Assembly (NCBI GenBank): GCA_031411295.1
Contig: JANOAV010000038.1
Coordinates: forward strand, 1 to 64,000
Length of the DNA: 64,000 bases
Source of the DNA: Verrucomicrobiales bacterium
GTDB lineage: Bacteria > Verrucomicrobiota > Verrucomicrobiia > Verrucomicrobiales > V1-33
Direction of reading: 5' to 3'
The notes below the pieces were generated by a model. That model was not told the DNA's origin and searched no databases. It saw only the letters and a program-made list of their open reading frames with translations. Of the stretch, positions 37,723 to 48,746 are shown piece after piece. The first letter of the stretch is position 1. Each line of letters begins with the position of its first letter. The position numbers and the translations under genes were made by a program.

Positions 37723-40700
37723 CTATGGTTTCACCAATTTGAAGAAGCAACGTTGGGCGTTGGTTCCTGGAGTGGCCTTCTTTTGATCGCCCACAGTGGT
37801 CGTGGGCGCAGGGGAATCAATCCAGGTCTTCATGTCCAAGCTTTCCTTTAGCACCCAGCCGTCGGCGTTGGCAGGCCAGGTTAGAGTGAGGCCGTTGTTG
37901 CCGATGCCTGCGGTGCTGGTCATGCGCGGGATGAAGCCTGCGGTGAGGGCACGTGGTCCTGCGGCGGTAAAGCTCATGCTGGGGTTGGAGTTGACGATGA
38001 CGCCATTTTCCACCCAGCCGATGAATTCCCATCCGCTGCCAGGGGTGGCTTTGAGGTTGACGTTGGCTCCTTGGACATAATTGCCTGCACCTGTTACGGT
38101 GCCGCCTGCTGCGGTGATGGAAATAGTGCTGGGCTGCACGCCTAACGCAAAGGGCGAAAGGCTGGTGGTGCTGACGGTAAGAGTCTTGGCTACGGTGTTC
38201 ACAGTGCCGGGAAGCTTCTCCCAGAGGGTGCCGTTATAGTGATAGATGGCAAGGGTGGTTTCGTCGAAGCCCGCAGGCAGCAACGACGGATTATATGCGA
38301 AGGTTAGATGAATCGCCCCGGTGTGGCTGCCATTGTATTCCAAATGCCAGAGTTGGGTGATGCTTCCGCTGGGTTTATCAAAGGATGGTAGAGCGAAATC
38401 GCCCTCGTTCTCGCGCTCGAACATTTCTGCCTCATCGGCTTCGGCATAGTCGCCAAAGAAGGTGCCTTCGTTGGTGATGTCATCGAACTCAAAGTCCACC
38501 CCTCCGACGTGGGAGGAACCGCCATTGCAACTGCCGCCGCCGTGATTTCCGCCGCCGCCGGTGGTGACTTTGGTGCCGGTAAGCAGACTGAGCAGGATGT
38601 CCAGGTTGGTGGATTGCCCGGGGGCCAAGTTACCCACGGACCAACGTTGGCCACCTGCAATCCAACGGTCCGCAGGTGCGAAGCTGTCATGTCCCTGCCT
38701 TGTGGCATATGGCGCGCCCTGCCAGTTGGCCTCAATGGAAAGATGCACGCCATCGGAGGGTTTGCCGTTGAAGTGATTATCCAAGCCATTTCCCTCGATG
38801 CCGTAATGCCCGATTTCAAAAGCGGTGGGAGCCACTTTGGAATGGAAGGCGATGCTGTCTTCCAAGCCCGCTGCGGAACTGCCGCTGCCAGTAGCGTTGG
38901 CGTCATTTCCAGTGAGCGTGGCATCGTAGTGGTATTGGCTGAGCTTGCCCGCGTAGGCCCGGTTATCATAGACCCCGCGTTGCGAAATGAGGCCGTGCAG
39001 GAGTTGGAAGAGTTGCACGCTCGTGATCGCTGAACCGCTGATGTTGCGGACGCGGAAACTTTCGTTCAGCACATAGCGGTTACTATTGATGGAGCTGCCC
39101 ACACCAGCTGCGCTGGCCGCGGTGAGGCCCATGGGCGTGCCGGTCACTGTGTCTAGCATTTCGAAGTGCAGCGTGATTTCCAAGTCGTCATTCGCGATGA
39201 TGGATTCCGCAATCGGCAGGCCATCCAGATTGGCTCCCACGAGATGAATGCCCTGCACCACGCGGAAGGTGGAGTTCGTGTGCCAGTCCGGGTAGAGGAA
39301 ATTGGGGTCCAGCCACGTGGGAGCCACGGCCACGCCATCCTTGGTGTAAGCTACGGCGGAGGCCCATTCGCCACTCAAATACTCGCGACCTTCGAAACCA
39401 GGAGTGTTGTCCAGCAGGTAGTCTGAGTAGCCGTAATCGGTCAGAGTGATGTTCCAGTTAGGATTCGCCAGCTGCATGGATCCACCGGTGCTGCCAGCGG
39501 GGCTGGCAATGAGATTGTCGATGAGGAATTTCTGCGCTCCGGCGGGGAAGGTGGCGAGTTCGATGCGGATATGATCGAAGCTCACTCCGGAATTGAACGT
39601 CATGGTCCCAGTGGGATAAGTGTCACCAAACATGCTGGAACCATGTCCCAAGGAGGAACCCACGACGACGGGGAGTCCTGAGCTATGATCGCTGGCCGTG
39701 ACTAAAAGATTGGATCCAATGTTGGTGGCGGTTTCCACGGTGGCGAAGTTAAACGAAACGCCAGTGATGGCTTGATCAAATTGCACTTCGATCACGGTGC
39801 CAACACTGGCACCAGGAGCTACGAAATGAGCGGCAAACTTGGTGAGCGTGAAACTAGTGCTGGCTTCCGTTTCCACCGTCGGCGGGGAAGTATCGGATGA
39901 GGAAAAGTCAGCCGTGACGCCACCTACAGTCTGACTGAACGGCATGGGCGCATGCAAGGCCAGCGCAGGGATGCCGGTGTCGAAGGTGAAATGAATTCCC
40001 GCCAGACCAGCGGAGAAATTGGCGGTGTAGTCACCACTGGCGGTTGGCGTGAAGGTATAGCTGGGGCTGGTGCTAACTTCATTGCCCAGACTGTCCGTCC
40101 AGTTGATAAATTCATATCCAGCAGTGGCCGCAGCCACCAAAGTGAGACTGGCGCCCGGAGAAACACTGCTGGCTCCTAGCACCGTGCCGCTGCCCGTGGG
40201 CCAAGCGGAGGCGGTGATGGTATAAGCAGGCGAGAAGTTCGCGACCAGCGTGCGGGGCGTGCTAACGGTGAACGTGTAGGCTACAGCGGTGCTGACGATG
40301 GTCCCGCCATCGGTCCAATTTCTAAAGACGTAATCTGGGTTCGATACCGCTTCCAAGGTGGCGCTGGCACCGCTGGGATAGGCTCCTGCGCCTACCACAG
40401 AGCCACCAACCGCAGGCACGGCACTGGCAGTAATGGCGATCGCTGGCGCAAAATTGGCGACCAGCGCACGATTGGCACTGGTGGTGAATGTATAGTCTGC
40501 ATCTGCGCTCACCACCGCTCCGCCAACCGTCCAATTGCTAAAAGCGAAGCCTGGATTCGGCAGGGCGGAAACCGTCACGTCATCGCCAATGGCATATGCT
40601 CCATCGCCCGAAACCGTGCCTCCAAGGGCTGGAGCGGCGGAGGTCGTAATGGTGATGCCGGTGTCGGAGAGAAAGTTTGCCACGAGCGTGCGGGGACCAG

Positions 40701-43067
40701 TGGCGTTGAAACTGTAGGTGGAATTCGTGCTGACAATGACACCGTTTTCCGTCCAGTTAGCAAAGGTATAGCCAGCGTTGGGGAACGCCTTAGCTTTAGC
40801 GTTGTCGCCTGTCTTGTAAGTTAGACTGTCCATTTCCGTCGTGCCGCCAACGCTGGGGGAAGAGGATGCCGTCATACTGAAAGTGAACTTGGCCACCAAC
40901 GTGCGATTGGTGGTCACGGTAAAGGTATAGCTCGCATTTGTGCTCACGGTGGTGCTGCCTTCCTGCCATTTGGAGAATTGGTAATTCGGATTGGCGGTAG
41001 CGACCACGGTCGCGCTATCACCTGTGGCATAAGCCCCGCCTCCTGTAATGGTTCCCCCTGGGATTGGACTTGCGCTGGTGGTGATGGTCTTGGCAACGCC
41101 CGTCAATACGAAATTCGCGACCAGATCTTTGTTCGCATTCACTGGGAAAGTGTAGCTGGCCGCGGTGCTCACCTGACTGCCGCCCACGGTCCATTTCGTG
41201 AAGACATAGCCTGCGTTCGCTGTGGCCGTGACAGTGGCGCTCGCCCCGCTGAGAAAGGATCCCCCGCCGGTGGTCGTGCCGCCAGCCACAGGGTTGGCAC
41301 TGGTGCTCACGGTGTAAGTTGGTAGCGCAGTGAAATTTGCTACCAGCACGCGGTCAGCATTGGCGCTGAAGGCATAGGTGGTCAGGGTGCTAACCACGAC
41401 GCCCGCTTCCGTCCAGTTGGTGAAACCGTATCCTGCATTCGGCGTGGCCACCAGGGAGAGGGGCGATCCATCATCCACCGTGCCAGCACCGGTCGTGGTG
41501 CCACCAGCCACGGGATTGGCGCTGGAGTTGATGGTCCATTGCGGGACATCCAGTGCAAAATTGGCCACCAGCGAATGATTCACATCCAAGGTGAAGGTGT
41601 AGGTCGCTACATTACTAACTACGACCGCATTGTCCGTCCAACTCACGAAGCGATAGCCTGCATTCGGTGTGGCCACCACAGTGACCTCGGCACCTGGGGC
41701 GAAAGATCCATCGCCCGTGGTCGTTCCGCCATCGATTGGCATCGAAGTGGTATCGACTAAATTGGCCGCTGGCAAAGCCGCCACTGCTGAGGCGATTTTA
41801 AGCGTGTAGTTTTTGGAAACATCGGGGTTCCGACCATCGGTGGCCATGATCTTGAAATTGAATTCCCCACTCACCGTCGGCGTGCCGGACAGCACGCCAT
41901 TCACCGCATCGAAGGCCATGCCTGCAGGCAGTGGACCGTCTTTGACGCAAAGGAAGGGCAGCGCGCCTTCCACCACCAACGTGCGGGCGGCATAGGGTGT
42001 GTTGATTTTCCCCTCGCTCACGTGATCGATCAACCCCACGGCTGCTTCCACATCGACCGCGGCCATTTGCGCACCAGTGTATTCGCCCACAATGACCAAG
42101 GTCGAGAGATCCACCTCAACGCCATTGACCGTCTTCGTTCCGGTGCCATGCAGACCATCGGGGCCGACGTTCTCCGCCATCGCTTCGCCTGTTTCATTAT
42201 CCATGGGCCCGATGTATTTGTAGAACTCGTAGCGACGCGTCACGACTTCATTTCCCCCGGCAGGTCTTCGGGAGCAGCCGCCTTCTTGGCGTTCAAGCCG
42301 CCATCCACCTTGCCGTAATCCTTTTGCAGGATCTGCCATTCCGTTTCCACTTCATCAGGCTCCCCATTTTTCCAGTTCTTCTTTTCCGGATGATCCGGAT
42401 CATTCGAGACCAGTTCGCGCAATTTTACTTTCTCGGCATTATGGGAGGTGGTGCGAATCTCTTTCATCCAGACCGCCTTACCGAATTCCTTCGGCTCCAC
42501 AATCTTCGGTGGTGGTGGGGCAATCACCGCCTGCACCTGCGCCACTCCGCCATTGACGGGCGGATAGTAAGTAAATGAAGGCGTAGAAACTTGCACGGCT
42601 CCGCCGGAAACCAGCGTGCCAGATCCATCGTCGATCAGCCAATTATAACGCACCGCACCTACCGCAGCATTGTAGCCTGCGCCAAAGTGTTCGCCTCCGA
42701 AGTTCACGGCGGGATTGGTAAACATGTGGCCATTGGTCGGAGAAATGGGACCGCTGGGGATGGCGGTGTAAGCGGCCCACGTGCCATCGGGTTTCTTCTT
42801 GCTATCCCAACGAATGCGGCACTTCGGATGTCCCGCCACCGAGTTGTCCTCCGTGATATTCGGCACTCCGTAGTGGTTGTAGTTGTAAGTATAAGTGATC
42901 GAGGTGCTATGACAATCTTCGATCTCAATCTCAAAGCCATGACACTCATGACCCGTGTCATTGACCGTGTCGAAGTTATTGATGGAGCCATAAGCGATGC
43001 TGGCCTGGGCCACAGGGGAGGCGGCTAGGAGCGTGGTAAGCAGGGGTAGGAGGAAAGGTAGTTTCAT
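37723..43067 (-). CDS. Large secreted multidomain protein (about 1780 aa): N-terminal domain, putative Ig domain, divergent InlB B-type repeats, shared C-terminal domain; frameshift at G5 (42254-42258)
   Basis: ORF 42240-43067 (signal peptide) and ORF 37723-42339 join as ..PEDLPG-GNEVVTRRYEFY.. if one G is added. LPAGMAFDAVNGVLSGTPT is He_PIG-like; nine GxxFxxW..YTF..LVANF repeats. Confidence 0.8.
40015..41760 (-). repeat. Eight tandem repeats of about 72 aa (divergent InlB B-repeat-like), coding
   Basis: Recurrent ..P..GGT..G.G....G...T..A..N.GY.F..W....VS....YTF......LVANF; a ninth copy lies near the C-terminus. Confidence 0.85.
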
Positions 43068-43252
43068 AGGCAGCGGGATTCGCTACCAGAGTAACCTCCA
43101 TCGCACTGACTACAATCTAACCACCGTAACGGAACGGTTGGATTAACGAGTTGTCACCTTGGGCATCTTCCGCCCCCTTGTCGCAACGCGATTAAACGTC
43201 CCGGACCCCACAGACTTGACCGTTGCGAATTCCAGAGCGTTCATGAGAAACC

Positions 43253-45325
43253 ATGCGCCTGCACCATCTAGCTCTCTTGAAACTTACGACCCTGATCTGT
43301 CTGGGCAGCGGTGGACTGAATGCTCGTGAGTTGACGCTGCTGCCTACCGCTGAGATCATCGCTAACCCGGAGCGGGGTTTCTATTCAGCCTCGGGTTTGG
43401 ATACTGGAACGCTCCAGACGAATGCGGCGGCGGGCATTCGTCTGTGCATCCATGAAATCATCCTCCAGGAGTTTCTCACCGTCCCAATTACGCCGGATAA
43501 GCTGGAGGCGATTCGGCAGGATTTCTTAAGGGTGCGGCAGGCCGGGCTGAAGTGTGTGGTGCGAGTGGCCTACAACGACGACGCGAACCTTCTAGATGCA
43601 CCATTGTCGATCGTGCAAATGCATCTGGCGCAGCTGAAACCAATCTTTGCCGAGTTCGATAGTGTGATTGCCTTTTACCAGGCAGGCATCATTGGCTCCT
43701 GGGGCGAGTGGCATGGATCGACAAATCTAACGACGGCGGCAGCTCGTCAGGCGGTGGTGACAGCGTTGTTGGCTACGTTACCGGCAGGCCGCTTCATTCA
43801 AGTGAGGACCCCGGATTTCGTCAATGAACTCAACCAGGGCGCAATCCCATTGACCGCCGTTACGGCATTTCAGAATACCCAGCGCGCCCGCTTGGGGCAC
43901 CACAATGATTGCTGGAGAGCCAGCGCTACGGACTTCGGCACCTATTCCTCAGATGCGGTGGTTCAGGAAATCGCGAAAGCCTTCATCGCCAGTCAGACGA
44001 AATTTCTACCATGGGGAGGGGAGACGTGTGACTTGGCCCCACCCTACTCGGACGCTGCGCCCAGCTTGGCGGAGGCGGCCCGTTTCCATGCGACCTATCT
44101 CAACAAAGACTATCACCCAGATGTGCTCGAGGCTTGGGAGGGAGATGGAACAATGAATGAGCTGCGCAGACAGTTGGGATATCGCTTTGAGTTGCAGAAC
44201 GCCACGCTGCCGGACAATCTCGGGATCGGGACTTCCTATCCCTATCAAATCAAACTTCGCAACCGCGGTTGGGCTCCAGTTTACAATGCGCGTCCGGTAT
44301 TCCTGCGGGTCATGGCAGGGGATCAGGTCATGTTTGATCTACCGATTCCGAACGCCGACCCCCGTTTTTGGACTCCCGAGGCCGGGGAAATCGTGCTGCA
44401 GGGGGCGTTTGTGGCCCCGGTCAATGTGGCTGCGAACACACTGGGTTTCGCGTTTTGGCTGCCCGATGCTGATGAATCGTTGCGAGCCCGGCCAGAGTAT
44501 TCCATCCGTTGTGCTAACGACTCCGTGTGGTCGGCAGATCAAGGACACAATAGCTTGTTCGCAGGAGGTCGCACCCTCGCCAATAAAGTTCGCGTGGATG
44601 GTAACTTTGCCGACTGGGCGGGCCGCACCTTTACAGCAGACCCAGTTGGGGATCACTCGACTGCGATAACAGACTACATTGAGGCCAGTGTTGCGAGCGA
44701 CCGTGATCGTCTCTACCTCAGGCTCAAATTTCAGCAACCCGTTAACTGGGCCGCCAACTCGCACAACAACCTGTATGTGGACACCGACAATAACTCGTCC
44801 ACGGGCTATCAGGACTCGGGGTTCGGGTCTGACCTGCTGATTCAGAGCGGGATCGGTTATCGTCAGGTGGCGGGGGTTTTTAACCATGGTTTGATCACCG
44901 GCTTGGACTTTCGGATCGCTCCAGCGGGGATCGCCAGCGAGATTGAAATGTCCGTATCACGCGACGCCATGTTTGCAGGACAACCAATCTTTGCCCGCAC
45001 CGGCAGCATCGCATTGCTGCTGACAAGTGAGAGCAACAACTATGTCACTCGTGAGCGACTGCCGGATGCACCAGGTAAATGGATTCACTCATGGCCCTTG
45101 GCTGGCCGCACGCTGGCCAGTAACTGGAGTTCAGCCCAAGGGTTCTCGATAACTGGTGGTGGCAGCGCCAATACCTTTTACCAAGTCTCGTGGAGTAATA
45201 CCCTCAACGGAGATTGGAAACCCGCTGCCCTCTCCTTAACCGACGCTCAGAACCAATCTTATTTCCTGGATCCTGCAGCAGCCACGGTGCCTCGCAGGTT
45301 CTATCGCATCTCTGAAGCGCCTTGA
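43253..45325 (+). CDS. DUF4874/DUF4832 glycoside-hydrolase-like secreted protein with accessory and shared C-terminal domains
   Basis: NPERGFY, GIIGSWGEWH, GHHNDC, GGET, LGYRF, NRGWAPVYN; VDGNFADW..D.VGD accessory domain; ends RRFYRISEAP. Confidence 0.8.
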   Translation: MRLHHLALLKLTTLICLGSGGLNARELTLLPTAEIIANPERGFYSASGLDTGTLQTNAAAGIRLCIHEIILQEFLTVPITPDKLEAIRQDFLRVRQAGLKCVVRVAYNDDANLLDAPLSIVQMHLAQLKPIFAEFDSVIAFYQAGIIGSWGEWHGSTNLTTAAARQAVVTALLATLPAGRFIQVRTPDFVNELNQGAIPLTAVTAFQNTQRARLGHHNDCWRASATDFGTYSSDAVVQEIAKAFIASQTKFLPWGGETCDLAPPYSDAAPSLAEAARFHATYLNKDYHPDVLEAWEGDGTMNELRRQLGYRFELQNATLPDNLGIGTSYPYQIKLRNRGWAPVYNARPVFLRVMAGDQVMFDLPIPNADPRFWTPEAGEIVLQGAFVAPVNVAANTLGFAFWLPDADESLRARPEYSIRCANDSVWSADQGHNSLFAGGRTLANKVRVDGNFADWAGRTFTADPVGDHSTAITDYIEASVASDRDRLYLRLKFQQPVNWAANSHNNLYVDTDNNSSTGYQDSGFGSDLLIQSGIGYRQVAGVFNHGLITGLDFRIAPAGIASEIEMSVSRDAMFAGQPIFARTGSIALLLTSESNNYVTRERLPDAPGKWIHSWPLAGRTLASNWSSAQGFSITGGGSANTFYQVSWSNTLNGDWKPAALSLTDAQNQSYFLDPAAATVPRRFYRISEAP

Positions 45326-45339
45326 GCGCCTGCGGCAGT

Positions 45340-47877
45340 TCAAGGCCGCACCAGACGCAGGCGGATGAACCTGCGGAGGCCGCTGCTGAGCGGGATGTTA
45401 TCGCGCGCTTGTAGCCAAGTTGGCGTGTCTTGGAGAATGGTCGTTTCTAGATCGCTCCAGTCGGTGAGATCACTGCCGACTTCTATGATGTAGTTTACAT
45501 CGGTGGCGGCGGGATTGCGCTGCACATCGAGGGTAAGGTAGTCTGGGGAGCCGATCAGGCCTGGCAGGCCGTTGAGAGATGGGATCAGGGGTTCCAGACC
45601 CAGCGCGTATTCAGTTAGATTATCACAGCCATCGAAATCGGGATCAGCATTATCTCCGCGGATGAGGTCGTTGTTCGCATCGGGGCCAAATTTATCCAAC
45701 TGCCAGAGTGCGATGGGTGGACTTCCTTCCGGGGTGTCTAGGATCGTCACGCTGCCGCTTGATAACACCCCAAGACGATATTCAACGTTGGGATTGCCAG
45801 TCAAGGTGATGGTCTCTGCGCCTTGTCGCAGGCTGTCTGGCTGCGGCGTGACATTAATCGTCTGGCCGGAAGCTCCGGCGGGAATGGTGACTGGCACCGT
45901 GATGGGTGCATAGCGCGAACCTGCGGCAGTCCCGCCGAGCGTAGCCTGGACGCTGAGTGGATTGATGGTGGGACCACTGCGCGTTATGCTGAATTGTCCG
46001 GCCACTGGACCGTATTCTGCGGCGGTCGGCTGCGGAGTGCTAACCGTAATCAGCGGACCTTTATCGATGCTAAAATAATCATCCACCGTTCCGGTGCTGG
46101 TGATGAACTTGGCATCGAGCCGATTCCCGTCAATATCCAAGACCAGTGACCCTAACCGCAGCTCTGAATGATGCATGACGGGATGCGGGTGTGGGTTAAA
46201 TTTCACCGTGCTGTTGTCCGTCCAATACGTTGCTTGGCCGGAACTTCCGGCAACGACATAGACCACGCCCGCATGCGGCCCGTAGTCTTTACCGTAACCA
46301 CCGTCTCCATCTCGTTTCCCGTCGCCTGCATCCTTGAAGGTTCCGCTGGTGGCGAGTGTGGGAGTGGCATAGAAGCCTTCGATTAAACGAGATCGCTCGT
46401 AGCAATGACTGTGGCCGCAGAGCACGAGATCCACTCCTGCGTCATCCATTATTGGAACCAGAGTCTGGCGCGCCCAGGTGGGTTGGGATTCGACATCGGA
46501 ATCATGGCTTCCCTTCGTATAGGGCGGGTGATGCCAAATGGCGATGGTCCAGCGTCGGGTATTCGCAGCCAGATCATTGTTCAACCATGTGAGCATGTTG
46601 CTGCGCAGGGTGGCATTATTGGTCTGCACGTCCAGGCTGATGAAATGCACATTTCCGAAATCCCACGAGAAATAGCGCTCCGTGCCGGAGGCATAGCCGC
46701 CACATTCAGCAGCGGTGGGGAAAGTGAAAATATCGAAGTAGGGCACTCCGGAATAACTGCCAGTCCTAACTTGGTCCGTCTCGTGATTCCCCAGGCAGGA
46801 CCAAACGGGGCTTTGCTGCAGCACCGCCGGATAGGTATCAAAGAGCGCGCTTTGGTATTCGGAATCAGTGCCCGCGTTGTAAGCGTTATCCCCTAGCAGC
46901 AAAATCATGTCGTTGAACTTGTAAGTGCTGCTCAGATAGTAAGCATCGCGCACGGCTCGCTGACCGGTGTTGGCGGTGCCTGAATCTCCCAGTGCCCAGA
47001 GGCGCATGGGGCGGTCAGTGCCTGGAATCGGAGCCGTCCTGAAATAATGCTCCGCATCCTCACCCACCATCGTCTTGGTGGTGGATCCGATGGAGTAGAA
47101 ATATTTCGTGTCAGGCTGGAGTCCTGTCATCCGCACTTCATGCTCCATGGTGACAGTCGCGTCTCTGGTAATGCTAGTCAGCGCCCCCAGAGCCGTGCCG
47201 ATGCGGACCACGCTGTCAGAGTCTGTGCTGGTCCGCCAACGCAGCGTCATGCCGGAGTCTGTATTCATCAGTAAATAAGGCCCCCGCGTCACCTCGGAAA
47301 GCCCCGCCAACTGAAGGTCGAAAGCGATGTCCGAACTCGCAGCAGAGGACTGATGAATCTCGACCGCGATGGTGTTCAAGCCAGTGACAAAGGTGCTGGT
47401 TGGCAACGCCCAAGACTTGCTGGCATTGTCTGCGCTGGCGGAAGTGGCGAACGTATCGAAGGCCGCGGCCGCAGGAAGATTCGCGGTTCGCGCAGCTTCC
47501 ACGCCATTGATGAACACCGCTGCGGAGTCATCATACGTCAGCGTGAGCCGAATCGCGTTGAACTGACTGGGATCGATTAGGTTCACCGTTGCACGGAAAT
47601 AAGTCGTCGCGTTTTTCTGCGTGCCAGCCGCAACGGGATCGGTGTCGATGTAACCAACCACGGTTGTTTCGGTTCCGCCGCCATAGCCCAGTTGAGCAGG
47701 ACCCGAGGCCCACGCGGTGTCATCAAACGCTGGAGCCCGCCAGGCGATGCCCTGATCGCTGCCGTCATCCAGATAACGCCACGTGGAGCCACTGGGAAGG
47801 AGTGTGGTCGTTTGCGCCTGCAACTTGGCACTCAGGCTCAGACAAGCGTAGAGCAGCATAAACGGAATGAATTTCAT
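45340..47877 (-). CDS. Secreted purple acid phosphatase-type metallophosphoesterase, multidomain
   Basis: All five PAP motifs (GDSG, GDNAY, GNHE, HHPPY, GHSH); RGPYL Fn3-like domain; N-terminal WRYLDDGSD jelly-roll-like domain; Calx-beta-like segment; ends RRFIRLRLVRP. Confidence 0.9.
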   Translation of the reverse strand: MKFIPFMLLYACLSLSAKLQAQTTTLLPSGSTWRYLDDGSDQGIAWRAPAFDDTAWASGPAQLGYGGGTETTVVGYIDTDPVAAGTQKNATTYFRATVNLIDPSQFNAIRLTLTYDDSAAVFINGVEAARTANLPAAAAFDTFATSASADNASKSWALPTSTFVTGLNTIAVEIHQSSAASSDIAFDLQLAGLSEVTRGPYLLMNTDSGMTLRWRTSTDSDSVVRIGTALGALTSITRDATVTMEHEVRMTGLQPDTKYFYSIGSTTKTMVGEDAEHYFRTAPIPGTDRPMRLWALGDSGTANTGQRAVRDAYYLSSTYKFNDMILLLGDNAYNAGTDSEYQSALFDTYPAVLQQSPVWSCLGNHETDQVRTGSYSGVPYFDIFTFPTAAECGGYASGTERYFSWDFGNVHFISLDVQTNNATLRSNMLTWLNNDLAANTRRWTIAIWHHPPYTKGSHDSDVESQPTWARQTLVPIMDDAGVDLVLCGHSHCYERSRLIEGFYATPTLATSGTFKDAGDGKRDGDGGYGKDYGPHAGVVYVVAGSSGQATYWTDNSTVKFNPHPHPVMHHSELRLGSLVLDIDGNRLDAKFITSTGTVDDYFSIDKGPLITVSTPQPTAAEYGPVAGQFSITRSGPTINPLSVQATLGGTAAGSRYAPITVPVTIPAGASGQTINVTPQPDSLRQGAETITLTGNPNVEYRLGVLSSGSVTILDTPEGSPPIALWQLDKFGPDANNDLIRGDNADPDFDGCDNLTEYALGLEPLIPSLNGLPGLIGSPDYLTLDVQRNPAATDVNYIIEVGSDLTDWSDLETTILQDTPTWLQARDNIPLSSGLRRFIRLRLVRP

Positions 47878-48698
47878 GGAGCTTTGGTGCGGACAGCATT
47901 GCGTGCGGTTTCGATTTGTTTCGCCAGGGCGAGGTTGGCTTTGGTTTCCCGCTTATGCCCCGGAAGCTTGGCAAAGGCCGTGGCGGCTTCATCCCAAGCG
48001 GTGCGCGCCTCATCCAAGCGGCTGCATTTTTCCAGCAAGCAGGCTTTGCGCACGAGCCAAATGTCCGGCCGAGGCTCGCGCGCGATAAAGTCATTTAGCC
48101 GAACCAATGCCCCTTCGGTTAGCCCTGCACGCTCCTGAATTTCCAAAGCCTGCTGCTCCAGCACCGGCACGCGTCCATGGGCTTTACTGGCTGCATCCAG
48201 GCTCCGCACAGCCTCGGCCGCCTGACCATGACGCACCAGCAATTGCGCATGCTCAGTAGCATACTGGGGCTCAGGCGAAGCGGCTATCGCTGCGCGCAGA
48301 TCCACTTCCGCTTTCCTCCACTCGCCTTTCTTTTCGAGTAATCCAGCTCGCAACACACGGCCAACTGCGTGGTCAGGATTCCTTTCCAGAAACAAGTCCA
48401 ACAACTGGAACGCATCCTTCTCGCGACCCTGCGCAAGCCTCACCCGAGCCAAACTCAAGTTTACGATCTCCATGCTAGGCTGGAGTTTGCGGGCTTGAAG
48501 AAAGTCCGCTTCCGCGGCACCCAGATCTCCATGGGCGAGTTGCAACTCCGCCCGCCGAAAGAACAACGCCGCATCACCCGGCGTTTCCGCAATGAGCGCT
48601 GACACCGCTGCAATGGCTTCATGTGAGTCACCATGGGCTTGCACGCTCATTGGCAGCGCCCAGATGGCGGCTGAAATTAGCAGATGAAATCGTTTCAT
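47874..48698 (-). CDS. Secreted tetratricopeptide-repeat protein
   Basis: Signal peptide (VQA-HGDSHE) and repeated TPR helices; its stop overlaps the phosphatase start. Confidence 0.8.
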   Translation of the reverse strand: MKRFHLLISAAIWALPMSVQAHGDSHEAIAAVSALIAETPGDAALFFRRAELQLAHGDLGAAEADFLQARKLQPSMEIVNLSLARVRLAQGREKDAFQLLDLFLERNPDHAVGRVLRAGLLEKKGEWRKAEVDLRAAIAASPEPQYATEHAQLLVRHGQAAEAVRSLDAASKAHGRVPVLEQQALEIQERAGLTEGALVRLNDFIAREPRPDIWLVRKACLLEKCSRLDEARTAWDEAATAFAKLPGHKRETKANLALAKQIETARNAVRTKAP

Positions 48699-48746
48699 GG
48701 AGTGGATTAATTAATGGGTCAGGGGCGTGCCTATTCCGGGTTCGAT

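Noticed and set aside
42251..42260. Programmed -1 ribosomal frameshift
   Set aside because: No X XXY YYZ heptamer in the zero frame; several other homopolymer indels in the window point to sequencing error.
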